Source: a virus. Taken from it: a DNA stretch of 64,000 bases. The position numbers and the translations under genes were made by a program. The notes under the pieces are model-generated. The model saw only the letters and a list, made by a program, of their open reading frames with translations. It searched no databases and had not been told where the DNA came from. The stretch lies in UHGV virus genome UHGV-1358930. The stretch is one strand, 5' to 3'. Numbering within the stretch: position 1 is the first letter of the stretch; the number at the start of each line of letters is the position of its first letter. Of this stretch, positions 55,934 through 64,000 are shown piece after piece.

Positions 55934-58069
55934 ATGTCAACTAAGATATGTAAGATATGCGGTAAATCATTTGAGTCTAAGTCATCTAGACGTTCTGTTT
56001 GCTATGAGGATCATTATCATCCTTGTCCTGTTTGTGGTAAACTAACTATAGGAAATGATATGCAACATTTGAATTCTTGCTGCTCAATCGAGTGTTCTAG
56101 GAAGAAAGCGTCTGATACTACGCATGAAACATACGATGAATGGCCTTCCAATTCTAGTAGTGCGAAGCAAAAGAGAGCAGAAACTAATGTGCAGAAATAT
56201 GGAGTCGATAATCCTTCTAAGCTACCTGATGTGAAATCGCAGATATCTAGTAGTTTGAAAGCTACGTGGCAAACTCAAAAAGATAACATACTATCCAAAA
56301 CTGAACAAACTTGCTTAGACAAGTACGGTCAAACACACTACATGAAATCTGATGAAGGCAAACAACACGTATCTGATGTATTTACTGAAAAGTATGGAGT
56401 TAAAACCAGCTTGCTGTCCGATATTGTGAGAGATAAGATAGAGAAAACCAACCTGGAAAAATATGGATCTGCGAATCCACTTTCATCTGCAGATATACGA
56501 GACAAAGTAAAGCAGACCAATATGCTTCGATACGGATATCAATACTCTGCTAGTTCACCAGAAATTAGAGAAAAGATGAAATCTACTATGGTGAAACGAT
56601 ACGGTGTGAAATATCCGCTTCAGTCTGATGTGATATTGAAACGTGCCAAGGAAACATTCTCAAGTCATATGGAGTCAGAATCGTTTAGGCAGCAGAGGCA
56701 AGAGAATACAGAAGCTACTAACATGGCTCGATATGGGACTAAATCTGCAATGTCGAACATCGAAATTCAAGCACGCATTCAGTTCACTAATTTATCTCGA
56801 TATGGTGTAGCAAGCTATACAGCTTCTGACGATTTCAAACAAAAACGCCTGAAAACTTTCAAGATAAAATATGGATCAGATAATCCGATGAAGTCTGAAG
56901 CAGTCAAACAACGATTATCGGAAACGATGAAATCTAGATACGGTGTTCAACATGCAAGTCAACTGAACATGCCTGATATATCTAAAATTGACGAGTTGAT
57001 TAAGTTTAGGTCAGATCCTGCTCAATACATATCTTCATTACCCGAAAGCGAAAGAACAGAATCAATCATAGCTGATAAACTTGGTGTCACTTCAAGCGCT
57101 GTTTCTAACTATGTTGTACAAGATAATCTCCATCATCTAGTAAGTTATAGCAAAAGCACCGTGGAAGATGAAGTTGCTAATTTTTTGAGTCAGAACAATG
57201 TCAGTTTCCTTCGTAACTGTAGATCTGTCATATCTCCGTATGAACTCGATTTTTATTTACCTGATAGACAGTTAGCTATTGAATGCAATCCGACGGTAAC
57301 GCATAACTCTTCATTTCATGATCCGTGGAATGGCAATGCGAAATCCCCTTCATACCACAAAATGAAAACAGATATGTGCGAGAATGACGGCATATTTCTA
57401 TTTCATATTTTTGGCTATGAATGGACGTATAGAAAAAATATAATATTATCTATGTTGTCTTCCTTACTACATAGATCCAGTCGAAAAATCTACGCCAGAA
57501 ACACATATGTGGCTGAAATTGATCCAGCAGAATGCGCTGAATTTTTAGAATCTAATCATAGACAAGGCGGAAGATTGTCAGCAAGTATTCGATTAGGACT
57601 GAGATCTAAGGACACCAATGAGTTAGTATCTGTAATGACATTCAACAAAATTAGAAATACTATCGGATATACAGGTCAAGCAGGTGTAGAACTATCTAGA
57701 TTCTGTTCTTCACTCAACACGTCAGTTGTAGGAGGAGCCAGTAAGCTTTTTACACATTATCTGAACAACATACATTCCGATGAATTAGGTAAAATTATTT
57801 CGTTTTCTGATAGAGCACATACACGAGGTAACTTATATTCAAAGTTAGGATTTGTACCTGTTAATGTATCAAATCCAGGATACGTCTGGGTAAGTATGGT
57901 AGATGATTCATATTACAATAGAGTATCTTGTCAGAAACGTAATTTACAGAAGCTGTTTAACGATACTCGTATAGACGTTGATAATCAAACAGAACGTCAG
58001 ATAATGGAATCTCATGGCTATGCTCAGGTGTTTGATTCTGGAACAATCAGATGGGAATACCTTAACTGA
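55934..58069 (+). CDS. Paralog A of a zinc-ribbon / KYG-repeat / conserved C-terminal-domain protein family
   Basis: N-terminus CKICGKSF..C..H..CPVCGK...CCSIEC. About ten tandem ~37-aa units [KR]YG.....S.E[IV]R.K.K.T. C-terminus shares LAIECNPTVTHNS..PWNG..YH, RQGGRL, VVGGASKLF and FSDR..GN.YSK.GF motifs with the 60756-62414 product. Confidence 0.7.
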   Translation: MSTKICKICGKSFESKSSRRSVCYEDHYHPCPVCGKLTIGNDMQHLNSCCSIECSRKKASDTTHETYDEWPSNSSSAKQKRAETNVQKYGVDNPSKLPDVKSQISSSLKATWQTQKDNILSKTEQTCLDKYGQTHYMKSDEGKQHVSDVFTEKYGVKTSLLSDIVRDKIEKTNLEKYGSANPLSSADIRDKVKQTNMLRYGYQYSASSPEIREKMKSTMVKRYGVKYPLQSDVILKRAKETFSSHMESESFRQQRQENTEATNMARYGTKSAMSNIEIQARIQFTNLSRYGVASYTASDDFKQKRLKTFKIKYGSDNPMKSEAVKQRLSETMKSRYGVQHASQLNMPDISKIDELIKFRSDPAQYISSLPESERTESIIADKLGVTSSAVSNYVVQDNLHHLVSYSKSTVEDEVANFLSQNNVSFLRNCRSVISPYELDFYLPDRQLAIECNPTVTHNSSFHDPWNGNAKSPSYHKMKTDMCENDGIFLFHIFGYEWTYRKNIILSMLSSLLHRSSRKIYARNTYVAEIDPAECAEFLESNHRQGGRLSASIRLGLRSKDTNELVSVMTFNKIRNTIGYTGQAGVELSRFCSSLNTSVVGGASKLFTHYLNNIHSDELGKIISFSDRAHTRGNLYSKLGFVPVNVSNPGYVWVSMVDDSYYNRVSCQKRNLQKLFNDTRIDVDNQTERQIMESHGYAQVFDSGTIRWEYLN

Positions 58070-58122
58070 GTAAATCAGAATCGTTAAATAATTTGATAAG
58101 TCACATACAAGGAGAATACAAA

Positions 58123-58503
58123 ATGCTAGACGTTGCAACGCTTCAAGGATTTCTGTCACCTTCTGGAGAATTTTATGAATGTGATACATACGGTCATTGT
58201 GAATTAGCAAAGCAGATTATCAAGTCAATGAATCGTTACTCTGTAGATGCAATCAAAACAATGTGTCATGAGAATGTGCTGTTAAAGCATGGATGGGTAT
58301 GTGTACGAGCAAGAGATGTCTATAAATCTGCGTTTGATGAAAATAAAAATTACTTGCCTATATCAAATGAGCAGCAATCATGGTTCGAAGCCAACTACAA
58401 CAACTTAACAAAATATCAGAATTCAGACATATACGAAATAGTAAAAGATTTCGGAGATGCTCGCCATTATAGAAAAGCTATAAAATCTGCGGAGGTGACG
58501 TAA
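58123..58503 (+). CDS. Hypothetical protein
   Basis: RBS AAGGAGAATAC before the ATG at 58123. Confidence 0.5.
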   Translation: MLDVATLQGFLSPSGEFYECDTYGHCELAKQIIKSMNRYSVDAIKTMCHENVLLKHGWVCVRARDVYKSAFDENKNYLPISNEQQSWFEANYNNLTKYQNSDIYEIVKDFGDARHYRKAIKSAEVT

Positions 58504-58504
58504 A

Positions 58505-58705
58505 TTGAGTATCTACGATTTTGAGTTGAGGAAATCGGATGTAGCGTCTGTGATGAAGGAGATAATGGACGAAGAATACAGACAGCATGCTAGAACCTGT
58601 GCGCAAATGACGAATGTGGAAAGGTTAAATAACATCCAATATTTATCGGGTATGAAATACATGGTGACTGAAACTTTAGTACGATTGGAGCATAAACATG
58701 CTTGA
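58505..58705 (+). CDS. Hypothetical small protein (TTG start)
   Basis: 66 aa. Confidence 0.35.
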   Translation: MSIYDFELRKSDVASVMKEIMDEEYRQHARTCAQMTNVERLNNIQYLSGMKYMVTETLVRLEHKHA

Positions 58706-58746
58706 GTGCGCTATTCTATCAATAATTGGAGTTATCTCAATAGTGT

Positions 58747-59046
58747 GTGTCTCGTACATCGTTGAATATATCTTACATTGGTTACGAAACAATAACAATG
58801 CTTACAGACCAATTCAGATTCGAAAATCTGATGAGATATTGGAGAAAAGATGGCATGACTGTATTTGATTTGCTTGTCTACAGCAAGAATGTTTATGATG
58901 TAGACTTTATAGACACTGAAGGAGCCATTTTAGATAAAATGAGCATTGCAAAAGCGATTGCAAGTAAATATTCAAATATGTCAGTAATTGAATACACGCC
59001 TTCTCTACTCTGTAATGGATCAATTGAGCTAATCATATGCGTGTAA
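58747..59046 (+). CDS. Hypothetical protein
   Basis: 99 aa. Confidence 0.4.
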   Translation: MSRTSLNISYIGYETITMLTDQFRFENLMRYWRKDGMTVFDLLVYSKNVYDVDFIDTEGAILDKMSIAKAIASKYSNMSVIEYTPSLLCNGSIELIICV

Positions 59047-59055
59047 GGAGAATGT

Positions 59056-59265
59056 ATGAAAATTCCTAACTATGTACTAGATCTGATCGTAAAAAGACAG
59101 AGATACGTTGAAAAAGCCTTGGATGCAGCTTACTCTCTTCAAGAATGGCTTGACAAGAATGAAATATACGTTGAAGGATGTGATGAGATTGGAGGAACAG
59201 AAATGTTTTTAAGTCCAAATGAATCTGCACGCAGAGTTATGAATGCAATCTTAGAGAAGGAGTAA
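59056..59265 (+). CDS. Hypothetical small protein
   Basis: RBS AAGGAGAATGT. 69 aa. Confidence 0.45.
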   Translation: MKIPNYVLDLIVKRQRYVEKALDAAYSLQEWLDKNEIYVEGCDEIGGTEMFLSPNESARRVMNAILEKE

Positions 59266-59349
59266 TTAGATTGAATTTCATGCACAGTTTTAGCTATCCT
59301 CCATGTAACAGATATTTCTACGAGGATACATTGAGCAAGGAGGAAGTAA

Positions 59350-59646
59350 TTGATGATTGAAATTGAGTCGCTCATAGTAAACACATTCAAATGTTTTGGA
59401 ATAGAATTCAAGCAAATAAATTATAATTCATTTGAAGACGTAATTGAAATCAAAGTTACTGTTCCCAAAGATAGCGAAATTAAACATTCAAACGGAAACA
59501 GCATGGCTGGAAAATTTCTAGCTAAATTATTACGAGATAAAATTAGAGCACGTGGAGCTAATTGCAGAGTAGCATACAAAGAAAGAGACGAAACTTGGAA
59601 TGAATTCAAATACGAGAAGATGCGTAAGGAGGTTTACGGTGTTTGA
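59350..59646 (+). CDS. Hypothetical protein
   Basis: RBS AAGGAGGAAG. 98 aa. Confidence 0.45.
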   Translation: MMIEIESLIVNTFKCFGIEFKQINYNSFEDVIEIKVTVPKDSEIKHSNGNSMAGKFLAKLLRDKIRARGANCRVAYKERDETWNEFKYEKMRKEVYGV

Positions 59647-59824
59647 ATATAGATATTGTTTCTTTGAAGCAGAAAGTTTTAAGGTTGAGGAATTAGTTGA
59701 TTCCGAAACAAATGAATCAGAATTTGCATTTTACGCTAATAACAAAATACTTTTTATCACAGACAAATACGGGATAAGAGAGATTTGGAATCAGCTAGAT
59801 TACTTGCTAAGAGAGGTTGAATAA
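59600..59824 (+). CDS. Hypothetical small protein
   Basis: 74 aa. Overlaps neighbours on both sides. Confidence 0.3.
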   Translation: MNSNTRRCVRRFTVFEYRYCFFEAESFKVEELVDSETNESEFAFYANNKILFITDKYGIREIWNQLDYLLREVE

Positions 59825-60192
59825 TGGGATTATTTGATAAGAAAGGAACAGTCGTATTTGATTTCGATGGAGTAATCCATTCTTATGCATCAGGTTGGCA
59901 AGGTGAAGGTGTAGCAAATGATCCTATTGTTCCAGGAATGGCGGAGGAGCTAAAAAGAATATATAATGATGGATACAAAGTAGTTGTCGTATCAGCCAGG
60001 TGCACTTCAAGAGAAGGAATGGACTGCGTAAATGATTATCTATTAAATCACGGTGTTCTTAAGTACGTAGACCTGATTACTGCAAAGAAACCACCTGCAA
60101 TATGCTACATTGATGACAGAGCTATTTGTTTTGATGGTCATCCTGAAGGGCTTCTTGAGAAGATTCAAAATTTCAAACCATGGAACAAATAA
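59824..60192 (+). CDS. HAD-superfamily phosphatase-like protein (nucleotidase/phosphatase candidate)
   Basis: Motif I VVFDFDGVIH (DxDG). Motif II VVVVSARCT. A late Asp motif CYIDDRAICFDG. Confidence 0.55.
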   Translation: MGLFDKKGTVVFDFDGVIHSYASGWQGEGVANDPIVPGMAEELKRIYNDGYKVVVVSARCTSREGMDCVNDYLLNHGVLKYVDLITAKKPPAICYIDDRAICFDGHPEGLLEKIQNFKPWNK

Positions 60193-60267
60193 AGGCGTCA
60201 GAAATATTCTGACGCTTTCTATGCGCAACCTATATTATCATCAGGTATACGAATAGTAGGATGATAT

Positions 60268-60702
60268 TTGAAACGATATGTAAAATGCGACAGCTCAAAC
60301 TTATCTAACACTAAATTTATTCTCAGCTCTGGTTCTGTAGATTCATATGAAGATGAGTATGCAGACGATCTGGAATCTGAAATGACATTTGCTGACTGGT
60401 ATGATTCCGATATCTGCATGGATGACCAAAACAAATTTATAGATATATTAGAATCTAAAGTTCGTTCTGAATATGATGTATCTGAATGGTTTGATGAACC
60501 TTCAGTTCAAGGGCTACGTGGAGACGACTATATTCTAATAACTTTAAGTTCCGGAGATATATATTCATATAGTTTCGATTTCACAGAAGAGCTGGAAACA
60601 ATCTATACAGAGGGTCCTGAAGCTGCCGCAAACTACTACTTCAAACAAATAAAAGAGGGAATCGATTCAGGATCAGCATTGGTACCAGATACTACTCTCT
60701 AA
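60268..60702 (+). CDS. Hypothetical acidic protein
   Basis: 144 aa. Confidence 0.45.
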   Translation: MKRYVKCDSSNLSNTKFILSSGSVDSYEDEYADDLESEMTFADWYDSDICMDDQNKFIDILESKVRSEYDVSEWFDEPSVQGLRGDDYILITLSSGDIYSYSFDFTEELETIYTEGPEAAANYYFKQIKEGIDSGSALVPDTTL

Positions 60703-60718
60703 TCAAATCATATAAACA

Positions 60719-60757
60719 AAAGAGCAGGCAACGATTGTCTGCTCTGTTTTGCTGTTT
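60719..60757. terminator. Bidirectional terminator between convergent genes
   Basis: AGAGCAG-gcaacgattgt-CTGCTCT stem followed by GTTTTGCTGTTT. Confidence 0.55.
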
Positions 60758-62414
60758 ACCTGAACTCGTATACAAGCTGACCACAATCATATACAGGAAG
60801 CCATCCATGTTCAATCATGAGCTCATCGTTTGATACACCTTTACCAAAATTAGTTCCAAACAGCTGGTCATAACCTCTTTGTCGAAGAAGATTGGCAGTT
60901 ATTTTATTCTTTCCTTTTGACCAAACCTCTTGAGGAGGAGTTGTTCTAACTAACGTCATTCCAATCTTTTCATAAACATTTCCTAAAAACTTAGACCTAT
61001 CACAGTAAGATATTATACTAGATACTCCAAAGTTTTCAGTAGCAAATTTGAAAAGCTTAGACGCACCTCCTACAACATTGTATCCAGGAAGAGAACATAG
61101 CCTAAGTAACTCTACATCATGCGTCTTGTCGTATCTGGATTTACCAAATGTCATAACCTGATACAGTACATTATCTTTAACTAGACCTAAGCAAAGCAGC
61201 TGCCCTCTACAAGTTCCTTGAAAATGATACTTTGACAAAAATTCGTCTGCAACTTTCGTATTAAGCTTGTATATCGATAAATTCCTGGCAAACACAGATT
61301 TTCTTTTACAGAGAGACTGAATTATTTTATCTGAATCATCCCAGTCAAATATATGAATACATCTGTATCCAGATTCTTCAGCAATCCGAGATTTATCTCT
61401 ATGATAGCTAATTTTAACACCAGGTCCTCCCCATGGATTTTTCAAAGCATTATGAGTGTAAGATGGATCAATCTCAATCAATGTCTTTTCATCATTTAAC
61501 GCAATGTCGAAGAATTTTCCATCTAGATAAAATTCAAAGCTACTATCTATTCCAGATGCTAAAAGCTTGTCATGAAATGTTACAGCTATCTTTGAAATCT
61601 TACTTATACTCTCTTGAGCTGAAGGTACAAGACATCCATACGGAACTCCATACTTCTGTATACAACTTTCTTTTGCTTTCTTCATCAATTCTGATGGATG
61701 AGACGGATCATCTACACCATATCTAGATAAAAAAGTTGATTTTGCTTTATCATCAATCTCTTTGGGCCAAAATTCACCGTAGTTCTCTATTCTTGTTTTT
61801 ATCGCAGACATACACACATCTTTATCTTTCATAGCGTTAGAGAACCCATATTTATCTAAACATGCTTCCTCCATTTTCTTCTTAAACAATTCAATCTTCA
61901 TTGGATTGCTATTTCCATATTTCGACGACATCGTCAACTCAATCTTTTTTCTTAATTCTTCAGATTGCATAGATGTAGGAGCGCCATATCGTTCTGTCAT
62001 CGTTTGCTTTATTTTATCACGAACCTCAGAAGATCCTAAAGCCCAATCTGAACCAAATTTATCCCTATTCGTTTTCATTGCTTTTTGTTTTATCTCATCG
62101 GATTTAAGCGGAGAATCTACACCATATTTATCTAGCATTGCTTGCTTGTGATGCATCTGAACGTCTTTGTTTTGCATCGGATGTTCACATCCATATTTGA
62201 TAATGTTGTTACGTCGGGTTTGTTCCTTCTTACATTCTCTGCTACACGGTTCTATTTTTCTAGTTGTGTTCCATATCATCGGCTTACCGCATATAGGACA
62301 GGTAGATACATGAGATTTAGAACAAATACGTGACGAAGGCGCATCTGGTAAAAATAACTCTCCACATATTGCACATGGTTTCAACTTTTTAGGCTTGCTG
62401 TATCTTGGATTCAT
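60756..62414 (-). CDS. Paralog B of the zinc-ribbon / KYG-repeat / conserved C-terminal-domain family
   Basis: N-terminus CAICGELF..C..H..CPICGK...CSREC. Nine KYG/RYG repeats. C-terminus IEIDPSYTHNALKNPWGGPG..YH, CRGQLL, VVGGASKLF and CDRSKFLGNVYEKIG. RBS AAGGAGAAG. Confidence 0.7.
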   Translation of the reverse strand: MNPRYSKPKKLKPCAICGELFLPDAPSSRICSKSHVSTCPICGKPMIWNTTRKIEPCSRECKKEQTRRNNIIKYGCEHPMQNKDVQMHHKQAMLDKYGVDSPLKSDEIKQKAMKTNRDKFGSDWALGSSEVRDKIKQTMTERYGAPTSMQSEELRKKIELTMSSKYGNSNPMKIELFKKKMEEACLDKYGFSNAMKDKDVCMSAIKTRIENYGEFWPKEIDDKAKSTFLSRYGVDDPSHPSELMKKAKESCIQKYGVPYGCLVPSAQESISKISKIAVTFHDKLLASGIDSSFEFYLDGKFFDIALNDEKTLIEIDPSYTHNALKNPWGGPGVKISYHRDKSRIAEESGYRCIHIFDWDDSDKIIQSLCKRKSVFARNLSIYKLNTKVADEFLSKYHFQGTCRGQLLCLGLVKDNVLYQVMTFGKSRYDKTHDVELLRLCSLPGYNVVGGASKLFKFATENFGVSSIISYCDRSKFLGNVYEKIGMTLVRTTPPQEVWSKGKNKITANLLRQRGYDQLFGTNFGKGVSNDELMIEHGWLPVYDCGQLVYEFR

Positions 62415-62540
62415 ACCATAAACTTCTCCTTCAATGTTGTTGTTTAATTATAAAGTAGATTCTGTGATTTGTCAATAGTTTAGCACCTTTTATTTTTCTA
62501 GACAGTCAAAAAAAATATAGTTAACATTGAGGTGTATTAT

Positions 62541-63095
62541 ATGTTTAAGCCTTTGAAGCTAGGTACAAACCACATGCTTGGGCAAGATTCATACGTGCCA
62601 TTGACAACTAATAACTTTGAAATTAGAATATATGGAATGGACGGAAGTGCTCCAAGCGAATTTGCAGACCTCTTAACATTATCAACAGATGAAGTAGGAG
62701 AAATTCAAGAAGACCAGGATTCAATCACAGTACATTATGGAAACGGCCTAATCAAATTCCCGAGTAAGGTTGATTACGCAGATGTAGATTGGACATTAAA
62801 TTGCTACTGCAGTCCTAATGTACTTGAGGCTCTTAGAGAATGGAGACGTCAAGTCTACGATCCCGATTCAGAAAGGATGGGACTGCCGTCTGAATACATG
62901 AGACAGGTATATTTCATAAAATATGATGGTCAGGGAAACGTAAGAGACGTCATTAGATGCCCGGGAACATGGATCAAAGGCCTCCGCAACGGTACCCACA
63001 CCCAGTCCGGAGGAGATGTCGTGAAGGTCCAAACGACGCTAGTTATTTCTAAAGCAATTTATCTTAGACCTTCTGAATTCAATCAAGGAAAGTAA
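62541..63095 (+). CDS. Hypothetical protein
   Basis: RBS GAGGTG 7 nt before the ATG at 62541. 184 aa. Confidence 0.5.
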   Translation: MFKPLKLGTNHMLGQDSYVPLTTNNFEIRIYGMDGSAPSEFADLLTLSTDEVGEIQEDQDSITVHYGNGLIKFPSKVDYADVDWTLNCYCSPNVLEALREWRRQVYDPDSERMGLPSEYMRQVYFIKYDGQGNVRDVIRCPGTWIKGLRNGTHTQSGGDVVKVQTTLVISKAIYLRPSEFNQGK

Positions 63096-63176
63096 TCGGC
63101 AATTTACCAAATAAGAGCAACCCTTCTAAAGTTATATTACATCAATCGTTAATATAATTGTAGGAGGGTTAATTTT

Positions 63177-64000
63177 ATGGCCATAAAAACATGTAAAGCG
63201 TGTGGGAAGTTGTTTGAAGGTACTGGAACTGCTTCCTATTGTTCTGGTCCTCATTATGCTATATGTGAAGTTTGCGGGAAACAATTTGAGTGTGACCCTA
63301 GAATACATAACAGATGCTGTTCTGCAAAATGTAAAGCGGAGTTGAGAAAGCAAACTATACGAAAAACCAAGAGAGTTTGCAAGCTATGCGGAAAGGTTTT
63401 TACCTCAAATTCGAATACTCAGCAATACTGTAATAATACTCATTATACTAAATGTGTTATATGCGGAAAGGAGTTTGCAATTCCTAAAGGACTGGAATAT
63501 GATCCGCCGAGAGCTTGTTCTATAGAATGTTCTAGTAAACTCAGAAAACAAACATGTTTAGATAAATATGGAGTAGACGTAGCTTCTAAATCACCTGAAG
63601 TAAGACAAAAACTTAGAGAAGCTTCTAAGCAGTCTGAAGATGTTCGACAGAATACCTGTTTGATTCGATATGGAGTTAAGAATGCATCAATGGCTCCAAG
63701 TGTACGGCAGAAAATATCCGATAGAATTAGATCAGACGAATGCGTTGCACAGACCAAGCAAACTATGAATGCTCGATACGGCGTAGATTATGCTATGCAA
63801 AATCATGAGCTATACACTAAGCAGATAAATGGAATGACTGCTGTATATGCGTCAGATGGAACTAAGTTAGATAGTCACTATGAACTTTATGTATACGAGT
63901 ATCTAAAACGAAACAACATAGACTTTGAGTATCAAGTTCCAATTCAATACACATACAATGAAGCTACGCATGTTACCTATGTTGATTTTAAGATCAACGG
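63177..64000 (+). CDS. Paralog C of the zinc-ribbon / KYG-repeat family, 3' end truncated by window edge
   Basis: RBS AGGAGG. Two zinc-ribbon modules: CKACGKLF..C..HYAICEVCGK...CCSAKC and CKLCGKVF...CVICGK..CSIEC. KYG/RYG repeats follow. Open to nt 64000. Not in the supplied ORF track because it lacks a stop. Confidence 0.65.
   Translation, partial: MAIKTCKACGKLFEGTGTASYCSGPHYAICEVCGKQFECDPRIHNRCCSAKCKAELRKQTIRKTKRVCKLCGKVFTSNSNTQQYCNNTHYTKCVICGKEFAIPKGLEYDPPRACSIECSSKLRKQTCLDKYGVDVASKSPEVRQKLREASKQSEDVRQNTCLIRYGVKNASMAPSVRQKISDRIRSDECVAQTKQTMNARYGVDYAMQNHELYTKQINGMTAVYASDGTKLDSHYELYVYEYLKRNNIDFEYQVPIQYTYNEATHVTYVDFKIN

Noticed and set aside
63132-63757. Minus-strand ORFs of 73 and 104 aa
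   Set aside because: They overlap the clearly coding + strand paralog C (RBS AGGAGG, conserved zinc-ribbon and KYG modules).

Overview
This window is a 64-kb segment of a large, AT-rich (about 35% GC) virulent dsDNA phage genome. It has low-GC Firmicutes-type signals: AGGAGG-like ribosome-binding sites, many TTG/GTG starts, TTGACT-17-TATAAT sigma-A-type promoters and hairpin plus T-run terminators. Nearly all genes are on the + strand.

It contains four modules:
- 1-7.1 kb: a 7-deazaguanine (queuosine-precursor) module. It holds a PRTase-domain gene, a YhhQ-like transporter, an SDR, queF (split by an intein), queC, queD, queE and folE. A TGT-fold DpdA-like gene lies at 42.1 kb. A DNA modification of the dPreQ1/dPreQ0 type is predicted.
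- 17.3-43.6 kb: a replication and recombination module. It holds a DnaB helicase with a class-3 intein, primase, a gp32-like SSB, a family-A DNA polymerase, a beta-clamp-like protein, Cas4-like nuclease, clamp-loader gamma/tau and delta-prime subunits, RecA/UvsX and a resolvase-like protein. The polymerase gene is split into 5 exons by 4 group I introns (3 carrying HNH or GIY-YIG homing endonuclease genes) and also carries an intein.
- 46.0-55.9 kb: a packaging and structural module with terminase large subunit, a portal candidate and a major structural protein.
- 55.9-64.0 kb: three paralogous genes (two on +, one on -) encoding proteins with tandem zinc ribbons, about ten 37-aa KYG repeats and a conserved C-terminal domain. 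This family is the most unusual content of the window.

The region is heavily colonised by selfish elements: 3 inteins, 4 introns, 2 free-standing HNH genes, and an IS607-family tnpA-tnpB insertion between helicase and primase.

Other features worth attention are a 2-kb ORF-free region at 12.6-14.6 kb with degenerate repeat arrays, an internal terminator, a strong promoter and a 460-nt untranslated leader. There is also a recurring intergenic AATCGTTAA(A/T) motif, a MazF/PemK-like toxin-fold protein with a C-terminal extension, and a sigma-factor-like gene.
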